The position numbers and the translations under genes were made by a program. DNA of 64,000 nt from Raillietiella orientalis (lineage: Eukaryota), in the NCBI GenBank assembly GCA_036172245.1, contig JAYWIR010000001.1, positions 4,340,001-4,404,000 of the forward strand. Direction: 5' to 3'. The notes below the pieces were generated by a model. That model did not search any database, was not told the DNA's origin, and saw only the letters and a list, made by a program, of their open reading frames with translations. Of this stretch, positions 25,805 to 38,730 are shown in pieces. The first letter of the stretch is position 1. Each line of letters starts with the position of its first letter.

Positions 25805-27449
25805 GTCAGTTCTCCTGTTCTTTTCTGGGACTGGTGTGTTCCCGAACCTCTGTCTCCCCTCCCCTCCCCCACCCCCTCTCTCCCGTTGCCCCAGGAGAAA
25901 TGGGATGGGGGAAAAAGAGGCCAGCGAGAGCAGATCTCCGCGTGCAGAACCTCCGGAGGAGGTGGAGGAGGAGTTCCCATCGAAGACTGGGAGCCGCTCG
26001 GCCCATTTCCCCACCGTCCGCCGCATCATCCCTGAAGGAGCCTGGGAGAAGAGGTGGCGCTTCTGGCGGAGCGCCCGCCGGCTCCTCCCTCCCTCCCTGC
26101 AGGGACGGCTCTTCGGCGGGGACCTTGCGGAATCGGTTGTGTTCCCTGCGACCAGGCGCTCCCGGGAAGCTGCCGCGAGCGAAGTCCGGAGGGCATCCTT
26201 CCAAAGGTTCTGTGCGTAGGCGGGCGTGTTTTTTCCCGGCCGCTCCCGGTGCCCCACTCTTTTCGCGGACTGGACAGGGAAGAGGAACATGGCTCATCCA
26301 CCGACCTTCCATTTTCCTCGGGAGTGTGGAAGTCCGCAGCGGGGTGGCGCGACCCCTTCGTCGGATTTGGCGGACTGGCATGCGGGAACGCCCCAGTGTC
26401 GCCCCGCTAGCCCTCTGTTTTGTCGCCGTTGCCCCCGTCCTCCGACCCTTCTGTGGTCGCTGGCGCCACCCTCCCGTTTCGGCTGCTGCTGGCGCCCGCC
26501 TTGCCTCTCTGTTCTTGCAAAGGCGGCGGCCATGTCGTTGGCGTCAGCGATGGTGCACTTCTTTTCCCGGAGGAGGGACGCAGCGTTTACAGCGTCCCCC
26601 TGCTGAAAAATGGGCGCGAACCCCCAGGTGCGATCAGTTGGGGGGAGGGGCAGCGGCGTCCACTTCAACTGGGGAGGAGGAGAGAGAGGAAGGAGTCCTC
26701 GCCGTCTCTTGACGACTCCCATTTCCGCAGCTGCTCTTCTTCTCACGCATGGGTGTTTCCTCCGATGTTTCCCGGGAGATCCGGAAGCTGCGCTCGCCGG
26801 ATGCGCGAGTGCTCTCTGCTAAGGCAGCTCTGCTCCCCTCCTCCCTCCCCCTTCCGGAATCTCAACTCCCGATCCAACTCTTCCTCGCCTTTCACGGGAA
26901 GAAGGGAGAAGGACGGCTCGCGTTTCGCGAGGGAGAGAAGGCTTTTCTTCCTACTCCTCTCTTGCGGCTCCTACAGCCTCTTTTCCTTGAGATGAGGAAT
27001 ATCAGGTGGTGGCCCTTTTCCTCCTCCTCCTTCCTCTTTTTTTTCTTTTTTTGGCGCCTCCTCACTTCTTTTTGGAGTTGTGTTTTTTTAAGGTTGCCTA
27101 GGAAACGGTCCGGTTCCACTCCCTTCATTATTCCTTTTCGTCGTACTTAACACGCTCGTTCCGCTATTGGCGCGTGCGCGCCAACACTGCGACGCGCCAA
27201 CTCCTCGGCACTGTTTTTTTTTTTCCCCGTGCGCTCGATTCCGGCCGGCGTGCGGCATTCCAGGGTCTCGCCCAACTCCTTGCCTGCGGGAGCAGCACCG
27301 CTCGCGCGGCGGCGACCGCCAAATCTTCGGGAGATGAAGGGGGAAAGTGGAGCAGGACGCTCAGGTTTCCCTCTCTTTTCTGGCACGCTTCCGTTGATTC
27401 CCTTTTCTTACCTGCTGTCCTCTCGATCGGTCCGCTGCGTCCCCGGTCT

Positions 27450-27800
27450 CCAAGGCTACCGCGGCTGCGGCTCCGCGATCCCCAAGTCTGATCTGCCTGC
27501 TCCCTCGCCATCCAGTTCTGGACGGCTTTTGCCGGGAACGAGAATCTCCTTGCTCCACCTTTCCTGTTCCTCGCAGGAGGAGGGGAAGAAGAAGCCCGTC
27601 TCCCTTTGCAGCGGATTTTCTCTAGTTCTCCACAAACCCCAAGGCATCAGGGACGTGCCGAGCAGCGAGCTCAGGCCTGACGTGCCGGAGGCGGAGTGTC
27701 TTCCAGACGAGGACGCGTCTCCGTCTGGAAATTCTCTCTTCTTCTGGAAGTCAGGCGACAGCTCGTGGGAGTGGCTGAACCTCCGAAGGTGCTGAAAGGT
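27450..27800 (-). mobile_element. Decayed Ty3/Gypsy RT (intron 2)
   Basis: LMPWGLWRTRENPLQR...WSKEILVPGKSRPEL (~MPFGL.NAP.FQR...YLDDILV.GKS..EH). Confidence 0.6.
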
Positions 27801-30479
27801 TTCAGGTCTTCTGCTGCTGCTCTTCCAACCGCTCCCTCCAGAGCTGCCGGTAGCGAAGTGGAATGGGAGGGGAAGGGAACAAAGGAACGCTCCTCCACTC
27901 CCCACGGCCACTCTGGCGAGAAGGGCAGCGCGCATGTGGTCGGGGGAATGGGGGCGGCGAGGCCAATCCGCCACCACACTTCTCCCCCTCCCTCCCCACG
28001 CGCCGCGGGAGTTCGTCTCCTTTGGTCACGGCCACGCACGTATCCAGTCGCTCCCTTGAACACGTCCGGTGGTGACGTCGGCGCGTCTCCCCCCCTCCCA
28101 CTTCCCTTCCTCTTCGACTCCCTGCTGCGGTCCCCGGCTGCGCTGTGGTCTCCTCCCCCTCCCTTCCTTGTGGTCGCCTCCTTCGGATGGTCGAATAATC
28201 CCCGCGGCTTCCTGGCGGCGTGCCTCCTGCGAGGATCCCGAAACGCTGGGCTGATGGCGACTCCGGGAAGCGGGGAGTGCGGCCGAGAGAGGAAGGAAGC
28301 CGGCAGGATGGGGAGGCACCGTGAGGAAGGGCGGGAGCCAACAGGCATATCGGGAGCAGCCGGCATCCAACTCGATGTGAGGTTCCGGGAACAGACTGAC
28401 TCCAGTACGCCCTCTCTTAGAGAGGCTCGCGGTGGGGCCCCCCAAGGTGCCCGCGTGCACGCCGCTGCTGGAGGCAACGGAACAACCCGAACGGGCAGGG
28501 CAGAATCCCGTGCCTTTCTCCCCGTTTCCGGGAGGTGGGACTGAACGGGGTGCTTTCCCTGTTGCTCACCCACCCCTCTCCCAGCAGTTGCTCCTCCTCG
28601 TTTCCTTGTTCTATGTCGTAGCTGTCTACCTCCCCAGAGACCCGGACGGTCCCGGAACCTCTCCCGGTTTGTCTACCGCTCCGAGGGAGCTGGCGGTGGG
28701 CGAATGGAGCCAGAGCGCGTCGCTTCTCTGTTCGGGAAGGAAAGGAGCGAAAGGGTTGCGCGCTCTCGGCCTCTCCTTCGCGTCCCGGAAAGCTCCGAAA
28801 CCATGGAAACGAGTGGCTGGCTTAGAACGCTCCCCTTGCACGGGCGCAGGCTCGGGCCGCGACGCCTTGCGACCGAGAGAAAGGAAGCGATGCTGTTATC
28901 CCCGAGCAGGCGGCGTTCGGGGAAGCGGGCCCCCTCGCGTTCTGTGCCCCTTCCTTCTCGCTCCCTTCGGCATGCGGATTGCCCAGGACTCTCGCGCTCG
29001 GATGGGACGCTCAGGACGACTGCGCTGCCGAGTCGCGCGGTGACTCGACAGGTTTCGGCTCTGTCGCTGCCGCCGGCCGGACGTTTCCGAACCTGCGTCT
29101 TCGCCCCTGCTTCGAAGGTCGCCCGACAGGGCGCTTGCCACCGCCCATCTCGCGGCGGCTTTTCGAAAAGGGACTGCTCACGTCCCGCCTCGGGCTCCAA
29201 ACGGTAGGGGAGTGGTTCAGTTGCGTGTAGCGGCGTCCCCTAAGAAGATTTTCGCGGAGGTCGGCGGAGCTGAAAGGGAAGGGGAGAGCTCACAGAGGTC
29301 CGCGGATCCTCTCGCTGCGCCTCTCTGGCTTTTCCCTGGAGACTCGCAAAGACTTTTCCCGTCTCTGGTCCTTCCTCCGCGTCATCGGTTCACCTGGCCG
29401 CCTGCACCCGAAAGGTGACCGTGCTCTTTCCTTCATACCCCCTGAACTCTCCCTCAAGGGCGGCAGCGACCCGAACCTCTTCCTCCCGTTTCGAAGGATT
29501 TCTTTCACCTCGTTCCCTCCCCTCCCCCCTCCGTTCCCATTTTTACCCGCGTGGGTCTGCGGAGTGCGGCGTCGCCCGCCATGCAGCAGACACCTCTGTG
29601 GCGGGAGTTCCCCTCCCCTTCGTCTCTTCCCTCTCCCGTTGTTCCCGACGGGGAGTGGCGGAGGTGGAGGGTCGTATGCTCTCCCTCATGGCTTTCTCGA
29701 AGGCAGCTCCCAGAAGAGCAGCAACAACAGGAGGGCACTGTGATGTCACCACTTCGTTTGCGGCAGCAAAGGACATGCGCCTTCCGTTCTCTGCATCAGA
29801 CCCCTTCCTCCGGGGAGGAGACCCTCCGCGAAGAGGCGCAGCGGCTGCTACCACTTCCGTTGAGCTGGTCAGGACTCTTCTCCGCTGGCGTCTTCGAGCG
29901 GGCACAATGCCCGCAGCCTCGTGTAGTGGCGCTTCCTAACGAACCGAGATCACGGAGCTCCTTTCACTCCTTCCAGCGCCTCGAGCGCGTGCACGAAGAA
30001 AGCCAACGCTCGTGCGGACCGACCCAGAGGGTACGCTGCGGACTTTTTTTTTTTCAGACTCTCGAACTGGGGTCCGGGGTGGCTGCATTTTTTTTTTCCC
30101 GCTGACGCTGGCTCTTTGGCGTTGCGCAAGCTGCCGCTCCAGGATCACGTGGGAGGGAAATTTACTCCCAGAACGTCAGAAGCAGCAGCGACTTGGCGGG
30201 GGATCCTCTCGTTCTCCTGAAGTCCCGAACGATCTGCTCCAGTGCGGTCCTCCACGCAGGGATGCCAAGTCCGGTGGGGGAGGGGGGAAGAAACCGCCGA
30301 CGCGGCCCCAACATTCCATTATTGAGATCAGGTGGTGGCGATACCGGCTGCCGAAGGTGAACAGCCCTCCGGGGCTGCCTCGTGGCACGTCACGGGAATC
30401 GAAAACCGAGGGAGCTGCCGAACTCTCGAAGAAGATTCCCCGCATCCGTCGCCCAGTCAGCCATCAGCTCGCGTGTCTC

Positions 30480-31080
30480 CCCCTTTCGTTCTTCCTCCTC
30501 CTCCTCCTCCCAGAAAATGCAGGCATCTTCCCCGGGAAGAGGAGTGCGAAATCATCCCGGAAAGGCAGCAGACGCTCGATGCCCGTGGGCGGAGCGGCAG
30601 CCGCATTTCTTTCGATGGGCGCAGCGCGGGGTGGTATCGTCTGTCGGCACGGAAGGTCGCGTGCAGCCGAAGGCCTGCAGGCGATTCAGCGGCTCCTCGA
30701 TTCCTCGGCCGTCCGCGAAACTCTGGAGGAACTGGGCTCGGGCGCAGCGAGCACGTCTCCAAGGCAACACGCTTCTTCGCCAGCTGGCGAGGCGACTGGG
30801 TTGAGAACAGCGCTCAGTCGTTCGCTGCTGCTTCACTTCGACATCCACAAGGAGTGACGACCACGGCAATCTGGGGGGAGGGGACTGAAGAAGTTCCGAA
30901 CAGCGTTTGTCACCGGGGAAGGGGGGATGGTAACCCAGTCAGCAGGTGCAGCAGCGTGAGCTGCGTGCTCCTTCGCCGGAGAAAGCCTCTGGTGAGCGAG
31001 AGGACTGTCCTGTGCTCTCCCGCTCGTTGTTCCTTCGAATCCACGCCCCACCTCTGTACAGCGGTCCTTGTAGGAGACTG
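30480..31080 (+). mobile_element. Decayed Ty3/Gypsy RT end and RNase H (intron 2)
   Basis: ENAGI, AFLSM..RGGI, EGLQAIQ, LRTALSRSLLLHFDIHKE (~LK.AL..PVL.HFD..KE), NPVSRCS. Confidence 0.55.
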
Positions 31081-32634
31081 GGTCAAGATTCGGTGGTTCC
31101 TTTTGCACCAAACGTACCCCTCGTACTCAGTTCCTTTCTTTCCTTTTATCCCCCCTCCCCCCCCCCCACACACACACATCCAAGTTTCAGTGCTTTCCTC
31201 CCGGAAGCTGACTATGCATTGAGCCTGGGCGCGAAGCCTGCGCTTGTCTTTCCCTCGACATCTCTGGAAGAGTCCCTTCGCCTCTTTTCGTCCGTCCACC
31301 GCTCAACTTGGGTCGAGGCAGTCGCTCGTTTTAGGCGGTGGGGGGAAAAAAAATACTGCGGCTCTGAAGAGTTGCGTCGGCTTTTGCAACAGCGTGGGAT
31401 GGGAGCGACCGATCCTCTCCCGTTGCCTCTGCCTTTTGGATCTTTTCCTTCCAACATCGTTTTCTGCAGCCGTGGACGACGATATTCTGGGGAAAACGAT
31501 GTCTATTCTCTCGGCTGCGTTCAGGAGAAACAGAGGAAAAAGCAGTACCCCTTCAGGACTCTCATCATTCTGCTGGAACACCAGTCGCGTCTCCGCAAAG
31601 TCTGGTCCATGCCCTGCATCTTTTCCGCGACTTTGCGTGCGTCGGTTCAAGATACACGGGGAGGGGGGGGGGCATTTACCACCCCGGAACATTGAAGTTT
31701 CCTTTCTGGCTCTAGCAGTCTCACCTCGGAGGATCATCGCCTGTCTTTTTTTTTCATCACGACTCCCAGAGTTGTCTTTAGCCGTGGAGGTCCAGATGTC
31801 GATGGTCCCGGCGAATATACAGTGGTGCTTCGGTACTCGTCCGTAGTTCGTTTCGGAACCCGTGACGAGTGCCGCACAAGTTCCTTTCTAGGCTTCGTGG
31901 TATCATTTTTAACATTGTAGGACCCAGAATTTACGCTTAAAATGCACAGAAAGCACACAAAAAGGAAGGATTTGGGAGGCATTCTATGGGAGTGTTTGGC
32001 GCTGTTCACGAGCTACCATAAGACGAAAGCGTTCAGTTGTTTCATCATGAGAGCGGGATGCCGAGTTCCGAGCGTGCGCCGAGTGTCGAAACATTTTTTT
32101 CTTGTCAAAATGCGACGAGTACCGAGTTTGACGAGTTCCCAAACCGCCGAGTACCGAGGTACGACTGTATTCCCATTCCGTTCCGGTTTGGCAGTCGAGT
32201 TATCTGTGCTTTCAATCCCATGCCACTTCACCTTAGTAATCCTTGGTGTTCGAAGATTCTTCTCGCTGCGACGCTCCAGGATGCGCGATCCTCTCGAAAG
32301 AAATCCATCCCGGAAATCAGGCCAGGTTTCCCAGCGTCAAACTCGCCTTGTGCTTTCCATTTCCAGCGCTCCCTGCCAGAATCGCGTCCCTCCTTCGCCG
32401 TCCTCGTGTTCCGCCGTGCTCAATGCCTGAGGTCCTTGGACGCTTGGCGGAAGGTTTCGGTAACACCTTCAGTGGGGAGAAATCCATTCGAGATGACCGT
32501 GGTTGCAAGGATAGGCCTCAGGCTCCTCGATGAGTTGCTTTACACTTTCCCTATCTTTGGCGAGAACTACTTAGCTTGATGACAGAATACAAGTCTTTGG
32601 AGTTTTCTCTTCCATCTTTGAAGCTATAAAATTT

Positions 32635-32639
<5 letters not shown>

Positions 32640-32665
<26 letters not shown>
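32640..32665. repeat. (CT)n microsatellite
   Basis: Directly visible. Confidence 0.95.
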
Positions 32666-34449
32666 ACTTGGAATGCGTCTGTAGTGTGTGAACTTGATTC
32701 GCCTGCTTTACAAAGTTTTGAGTTTCTCTTTGCGTACCATTATCAATTTAGATATTGAGGTTGGTCGAGAAAGCAGCGTCGGAGCAAGCGATGCATGATT
32801 TGCGGCCATTTTGTGACTCCAAGGCAATTTAATTGGGAGAGAGAGTGGAGTTATAAACTCAGCTTTTATGATTACACAAATTGGAAAGAAAATTGGGTTC
32901 GTTTTTTGTTTTTTTTTTCCTGGAGGCTGTGCGCAGCATGTGCTTCGGCGCTCTTCCGAATGTGAAGGCATCTTCACTTTTCTCCTCCGAGGGAAGATTT
33001 CAGCAGTCTCCAACTGCCTTCGAGCTGAGGAGAGGAGAGGGGGGAGGGAAGAGGGAGTTAACACTTGTTAAAAGTCGCGCTTATTCTCAGCGACAGGATA
33101 AATGGTACTTGCAAATTCAGCTGGCGTAGGGACACTCGAGAGCGTCCAGTACTTTTCTAAAAAAGAATTCCAAGCTACAAAACCTTGATTGTGGAAGATT
33201 GTCGCCCGCTTTCTAGTTTTCTTCCTGTTTACATTCGTTTATTGTTCTCGTTTCCAGAGCGCTTTCTGCCTAATTTGTATTTACTCTGTGCACGTTCTTG
33301 GCACGAGATGAGGTATTTATCGGCGATTGCTGTACGGTTGCCCCCGGAGTCAATGAGAAATAAACAACTTCGACATGTCACGCTGCTTTTATGAAAAGAA
33401 GCGAACAGCTTGCCGTCTGAAACTTGAGATTTCAAAAAAAAAAAAAAAGAAAAGAAAAGAATCTAGAAACCCAGAAAGAGGGACATTAGAAAGACGCAAC
33501 GCAGGAACGCACATCGGAATCAAAGGATTCCTTCTTGGCAAGAGGGATGCGTTTTGCTACGTTTGTTTCGGTTCCCTCCTTTGTCCGCGTTTGCAGAGCT
33601 TGTCAAGACCGCCTCCAGGAAGCTGATTTTCTTTTTGTTTCCCTCTGCTTCTCGCCGTCTTTTTCCGCGTTTCCTGGAACCATGGAACCGAGCGCATGGT
33701 TCCCATGCCCGTTCGATCATCGAATGCTTGCAGACTCCCCCCTTCGGGCTTTGTTGGGCTGATGAATTTTCGAATGCTTGCGTTCTTCCCCGTTTGATTT
33801 TTAATCTCATGGCCGAAAGTCCTTCGTTAAGATTATCTGTCTTCCCGCGTGATATCTCTGTTGGAAATGCAGTTCTGCCCTGTTGCGAAGATGAACGGAA
33901 ACGGCCGTGCTGTGCTGCAAAGGCGTCGCGATCAAAAGGCGCGTTCCGAAGAAATGCGATACGCATCGATAAGTGGAAAAGGGTAAAACATTTTGATAGG
34001 AGAGAAGTCGGGAGGGGAAGGACAGCACACCCGTGTCAGTGTTCCGCGCTCCCGCGGAAGGCAGGGAGGAAGATCTCGGGACACGTTCGGCAGGGCCGGC
34101 GATTCGTGAAGTTTGATCAGCACGGAGTCGGTCGAGTTGGGAAACTGTGCAGGGCCCCGAGCACGGCAAGAGCAAACAGTTATTATTTTTAATTGCGGAA
34201 AGGAACGGTGTTTAAAGGGTGATGGTTAAGAATCGTTGCGCGATGGCGTCTGTTGTAAATCAAAAAGCAGGGAAGGGGGAGTTTTCCTGTCGATCATTGC
34301 CGACGACTGCTTCTGTTTTCATCGGGAGAATTGGTGACGGATATGCTTCCTGAGGGTGAACTGGAATTTCGTTGATAGTGGGAAACATGGAGTGGGTCGG
34401 AATATGGAACCGATTTCTGCCTGCATCCGAAGAGGTGGCTGTAGGTAAT

Positions 34450-34950
34450 GGAGGAACTACATGTATTTCATCATCCTCCGGAACGGACGTCCACGAGAAC
34501 GATTAGCAATGCATTCGTAGCATTTCTTTGCCTTGTCTTTCTGTGGCGGTGGCTGGAAATTGATGGAATGCGAAAGAGTGGACTGCTTTGACAAATAGTG
34601 GATTTCACTTGCTATGATGAGACGTTTCCTTCCCCTTCCCCCCACTCATTCTTTCTTTATTTGTGATACTCACGATGATGGACGCACCTTGAATTTCATT
34701 AGGCAGGTTTGTTGTTTCGCAGACCTCGAGCTCATACGAAGGCGTCCGTTTTATTATAACTATTATTACCATTACTTCCTCTACTCTAGGAGCTCTCAGC
34801 ACCGTAGCCATGGGATCGGTTTACATGAATGGATCGTGTAAAAAAAAAAATTTTAAGCTCTGAAGGAGTTGTTAAGAATAATAATTTTGCCCAGAAGAGA
34901 TAACGTATTAGTTAAGCTTGTGAGATTGCAGCCATTCACGTTGGCACACG
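34450..34950 (+). mobile_element. Possible hAT transposase relic (AT-rich)
   Basis: RNGRPRERL, CYDE (~CYDGA), THDDGRTLNFI (~HC.AH.LNL), YFLYS, SRW (~TRW), in hAT order. Confidence 0.35.
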
Positions 34951-35379
34951 CAATCTTGGCTCAGATAAGACATGTTGAGAAATCGGGATCGAATCCGTTG
35001 CATCACATCCAAGATTGCTAGTTTTTATTTGTCAAGCAGATGTTGTTTCGAGCACAGGTTTGTAGTATCAAAAGGGATGGTTTCGTGTGCTGCTGTTCGG
35101 CAGAGAGAGAGGAACACCTGTCCGAACACTGTTCGCCGAGTCACGTGTGCGACCGACCGACGACCGCCTGGTCTCAGCCGATTCTTTCCGGAAGTTTGCG
35201 TGCTCATGGAGAGTGATTCAGCGGAGGAATGCATTTTCGAGCGGAGGACGCTCGTTACTCTTGGTAAATCCCTCCCCCCCCTTCTCCCTCATGTAGCCAG
35301 CACGAGCTGCTACCCGAGGTTAACTCCGCGATCTTCTCCGCAATTCATTTAAGAGCTGCTGGGTTTCAAAATCTGCGTA

Positions 35380-36430
35380 ATTGTGCCGGAAGCTTTGGGC
35401 AGGTCGATCTCAAAACAGGATTCCACTCTCGGGTGATTTGACAGCATTCTTCCTTGGTGCTCGCTGCATGATCGCTTCCCGTTTTGATTTGCTTGCAGCC
35501 GAGGTAGGAAAGAGGACCCGAAGGGAGAAAGGCTGGAGACACAAAGAAAATGACACGCGTGTGCAGTGGAGAGGATTCATGATTCCTCGGGATTTGCTGG
35601 ACCAGAAATGAAAGATGGCACGAATTATTATGAGTGTTTTTTTTTTTTTTTTTCATCCGAACGAGATTGAAGTGGAAACTCTTGATGACCACCACCAGGA
35701 GGCCATAGGAAACAGCACATAGTTGAGTGACGGTGGAAATGGATGGTGCCGATTCAAAGTTTCTTCGGAGCAGTTGGCGACCTTCATCAGTTGCGAGCAA
35801 ACGGGAAAGGGGCTTGATGAAAGCGAAGATCTCCGGACACACAGAAGCTTCTCGTTCCTTTTCCTCTTGTCGAAGTTTTTGTGAACGAGAAAAAAGGATC
35901 GGTGCCGTGCGTCCGTGATTTAAGAAGCTTCTTCCAGGGAGTCACGCTGCGGGCGATAGGCCGTGTGTTTATGGGGCATTTGTATTTCTGGATTTGAGGC
36001 TGGTGCCTCTGTAAATCATCAGCGAGCTCCTGATTGGGGGAACACTACCCAGCTATTAAAAACTTAACACTGGAACCCTGTGAGAGCAAATGCGTGAAAG
36101 TTGATACTGGCAATGATGGAGCGGGGTCCAGCCTAGCTTGTCGCGTTCCCCTCGATGTGAGCGCCGAGCTGCTGAGAGGAAAAAATCGCTCGGGTAGCAA
36201 GCCGATGAGAGAGAACCCAGGAATGAATGCGCGATCGATAGTAGTCAAAGGAATATCCTCCTGAACGGTCTTGTTTGCATACCTAGATGAATATTCATGG
36301 GGCGGTTGCATCTCTCTAAGTGCGCTGCGGAAGTCAAAGAGTCCGCAGTATATCTTCCACCTATGCACTTCGAGCCGTCGGCGGTTTCCTTCGGTCGAAA
36401 CATCTCTCTAAAGCGACTTCGCTGCTGCTG
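35380..36430 (-). mobile_element. Possible hAT transposase relic (AT-rich)
   Basis: FRPKET (~FRGHDE), GLFDFR, YANKTVQEDI (~Y.SKTIQNEL), SLNYVL, FFVSP, CQITREW. Confidence 0.4.
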
Positions 36431-36969
36431 CGGCTTCGGTTTGCGTGAGTAGGTCGTGGATTGGGGCGGCGAGGTCATGGGCCCCATCGCTCTCCTTTTT
36501 GGACGAGGCTCGCACCACCGCACTCGATTCTCGAAAACAGCGAGGGGTGCTGCAGCATCTGTCCGCCATCAAGTGCGGTCGCCGTATTTGTTGTTGTTTC
36601 CCGCTCGTGAGGATCCAATTGGATCTTTGAGACATGTGCTGAGCCGATCGCGCACGGACGTTTCGGTGGCGACCAAGTCAACAGCCCTCGCATGCGAGAG
36701 GGATGAGCGCGCGCTCCGTTCTCTCAGCCAGGGTTTCCTTGGATACAGCGAATGTTTGATTAGCGCGTCGCAGTCGTGCAGACAAGCTGTTGCCGGATTC
36801 CTTTCATCTTTCAGCTTGCTCCCGAGATTGCAGCATCCTCGTCGCTCTTTCCGAACACTGTGTCGAAAATCAGCTACTTAAATTGGATTCTTTCCCATAG
36901 ATAAGGATTTAGAAAGGTTCTTCCTGCTCGAGCTCACTTCTGGCAGCAAGAGCGGAAGGTCCGTGCATG

Positions 36970-37600
36970 GAGATCAAGGAACAGGCGTTTCCTTGTTTTT
37001 GGTCTCTTCATCTCCTCACCCCCAAAACCAAAATTGCTGAGCTTCCGGACAATGTCATCTGGTGGCAGTCCGTAGAATCGCACTCTTGTCTGCTGGCCCG
37101 CCTCTTGGCCTGGGACAACACGTGGATTTTCAGAGCGGGAACACTCCTTGAGCCGACAGCTCTTCTCCTCGAAGAAGCTTTCCGGGTGCGCGTGCGAACT
37201 CTGCGGCAGAGTCTGTTGGCCACCACGATTCCTCCCATGGCGGTTGGCAGAGTCAGGATGAAGGGTGCCTTCTTTACCTCGGACCTTCCTGCCCGAGAGG
37301 CTGGAACCCTCCGCGCCGCTGTCGGTTTTTTTCTTGTTGCTTTCCTTCCCTCCCTAAGCGCCACCGCCGTCGATATTTCGTCTCTCGAGGGGGGGGGGTA
37401 CCCCTTCTTCCCTGCTGCTCCCTGTCTTGAGACGCTGTTCTCCCGACGTCTCCGGAGACGACGACAACGTTTCTCACAAAACTCTTGCGCGCAAAGAGGG
37501 TCTTCTCGTCCGCCTCTCAGTGGGTTCAAGGGTGGGGCTGCGCGCACTCTTGTCAGGAAGTATCAGGCATTCCGAAGGCTCTGCTGGAAGAAAAGCGAAA
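36970..37600 (+). mobile_element. Decayed integrase (intron 2)
   Basis: KTKIAELPDNVIWWQSV (~KTK.LAR..VWWP.M), LLEP...EAFRV, GGAARTLVR (~NG.AER.VR). Confidence 0.45.
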
Positions 37601-38648
37601 CGCGGAATCACCGCCCGTCCTCTGGGGTTCTTCTGAAGCGCCAATGCGTGCATCCTGCATAGACCGCGGTGCTTTCACACTCTTTCAGTCAATGTTGCTC
37701 GCTCCTTAGCGCCCGGCAGCTCCCTGGGAATGTGTGCGTCCTGTAGGTGTTGGCGTGCCTTCCTCTTCATGGGTTTCTCGTCTTGAGGTCGGAAGTCCTC
37801 CCGCGCAGGAAAAGCGGGAAGGAGATTTGACACTACCCCTCGAGCAAGCGGGTCGGCCTGGATCGCAGACCTTCTTCACTCTCCGCTGCCTCCTCTGATG
37901 CGCGTGCGAGCTCTCCCAATCTGCGTGATGGCAGTTCGACTGCACCTCTGTCTGTCCAGGATTCGCCTCCCCCCTCCCTTTCCCAGGGATCTGGGAGAGG
38001 GGGAGGAGGAGCCTTCCACTGGCAATGAGAGGGACAGTCCCTTCTCCCGAGTTCTTCCGTCTTCGTTGTGCCGCCGCCCTGGCTTCGTAAGTCGCGGAAG
38101 GAAAAGGAGCAGCAGCAGCAGCAGCAGCGGGGTCAGCAGGCTTGTTGGCGAGCCGCAATCGTCGCGGAGGACCACTTCCGGACGCCTCCAAGCACCCCAT
38201 GGTTTCCTTCACTCCCTCCCTCTTGGTCTTCGTGCTATCCGGGACTTGTCAGCGCGGCTCTTCCGCAGATGGACTGCAATCCGCAGCCAAAGAGCAGGGG
38301 CGTGCGACGGGCAAAGGAAAGGAGGGCGCTTCTGAGTACGAAAGTCCACTGGTTAGTCCTGGAGAAGGGCACTTGTCACTCCCTGGAGGGCGGGGACGAG
38401 GAGCTCAGAGTCCTCCCTTCGACAAAGCCAGGAGCCAGAGACGTGTCCGGTCCTTCCTCCTGTCGATGGCGAAAGAGGCTCTAACCACTGTTTGGCACTG
38501 GCTTCCTCCGCGCTTGGTCTCGGCACGAGGACGCCCCTCCCTGATCACGGAGTGACGTCGGTCACCTCTTTCCTTTCCTCCATTCGTCCCCCCCCCCCTC
38601 CTCTCATTGCCTCTTCTCCTTGGTGATTTGCCCATTTCTGTGCTTCAG

Positions 38649-38730
38649 AAAGCCTCCGAGAGTACTTCAGCAAGTTCGGAGAGATCACCGAGGTGATGGT
38701 GATGAAGGACCCCACCACCAGGAGATCGAG
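38649..38730 (+). CDS. msi: msi exon 3 ([28 protein letters not shown])
   Basis: ttctgtgcttcag acceptor; AG|gtaggc donor; 82 nt. This frame is absent from the ORF track. Confidence 0.96.
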
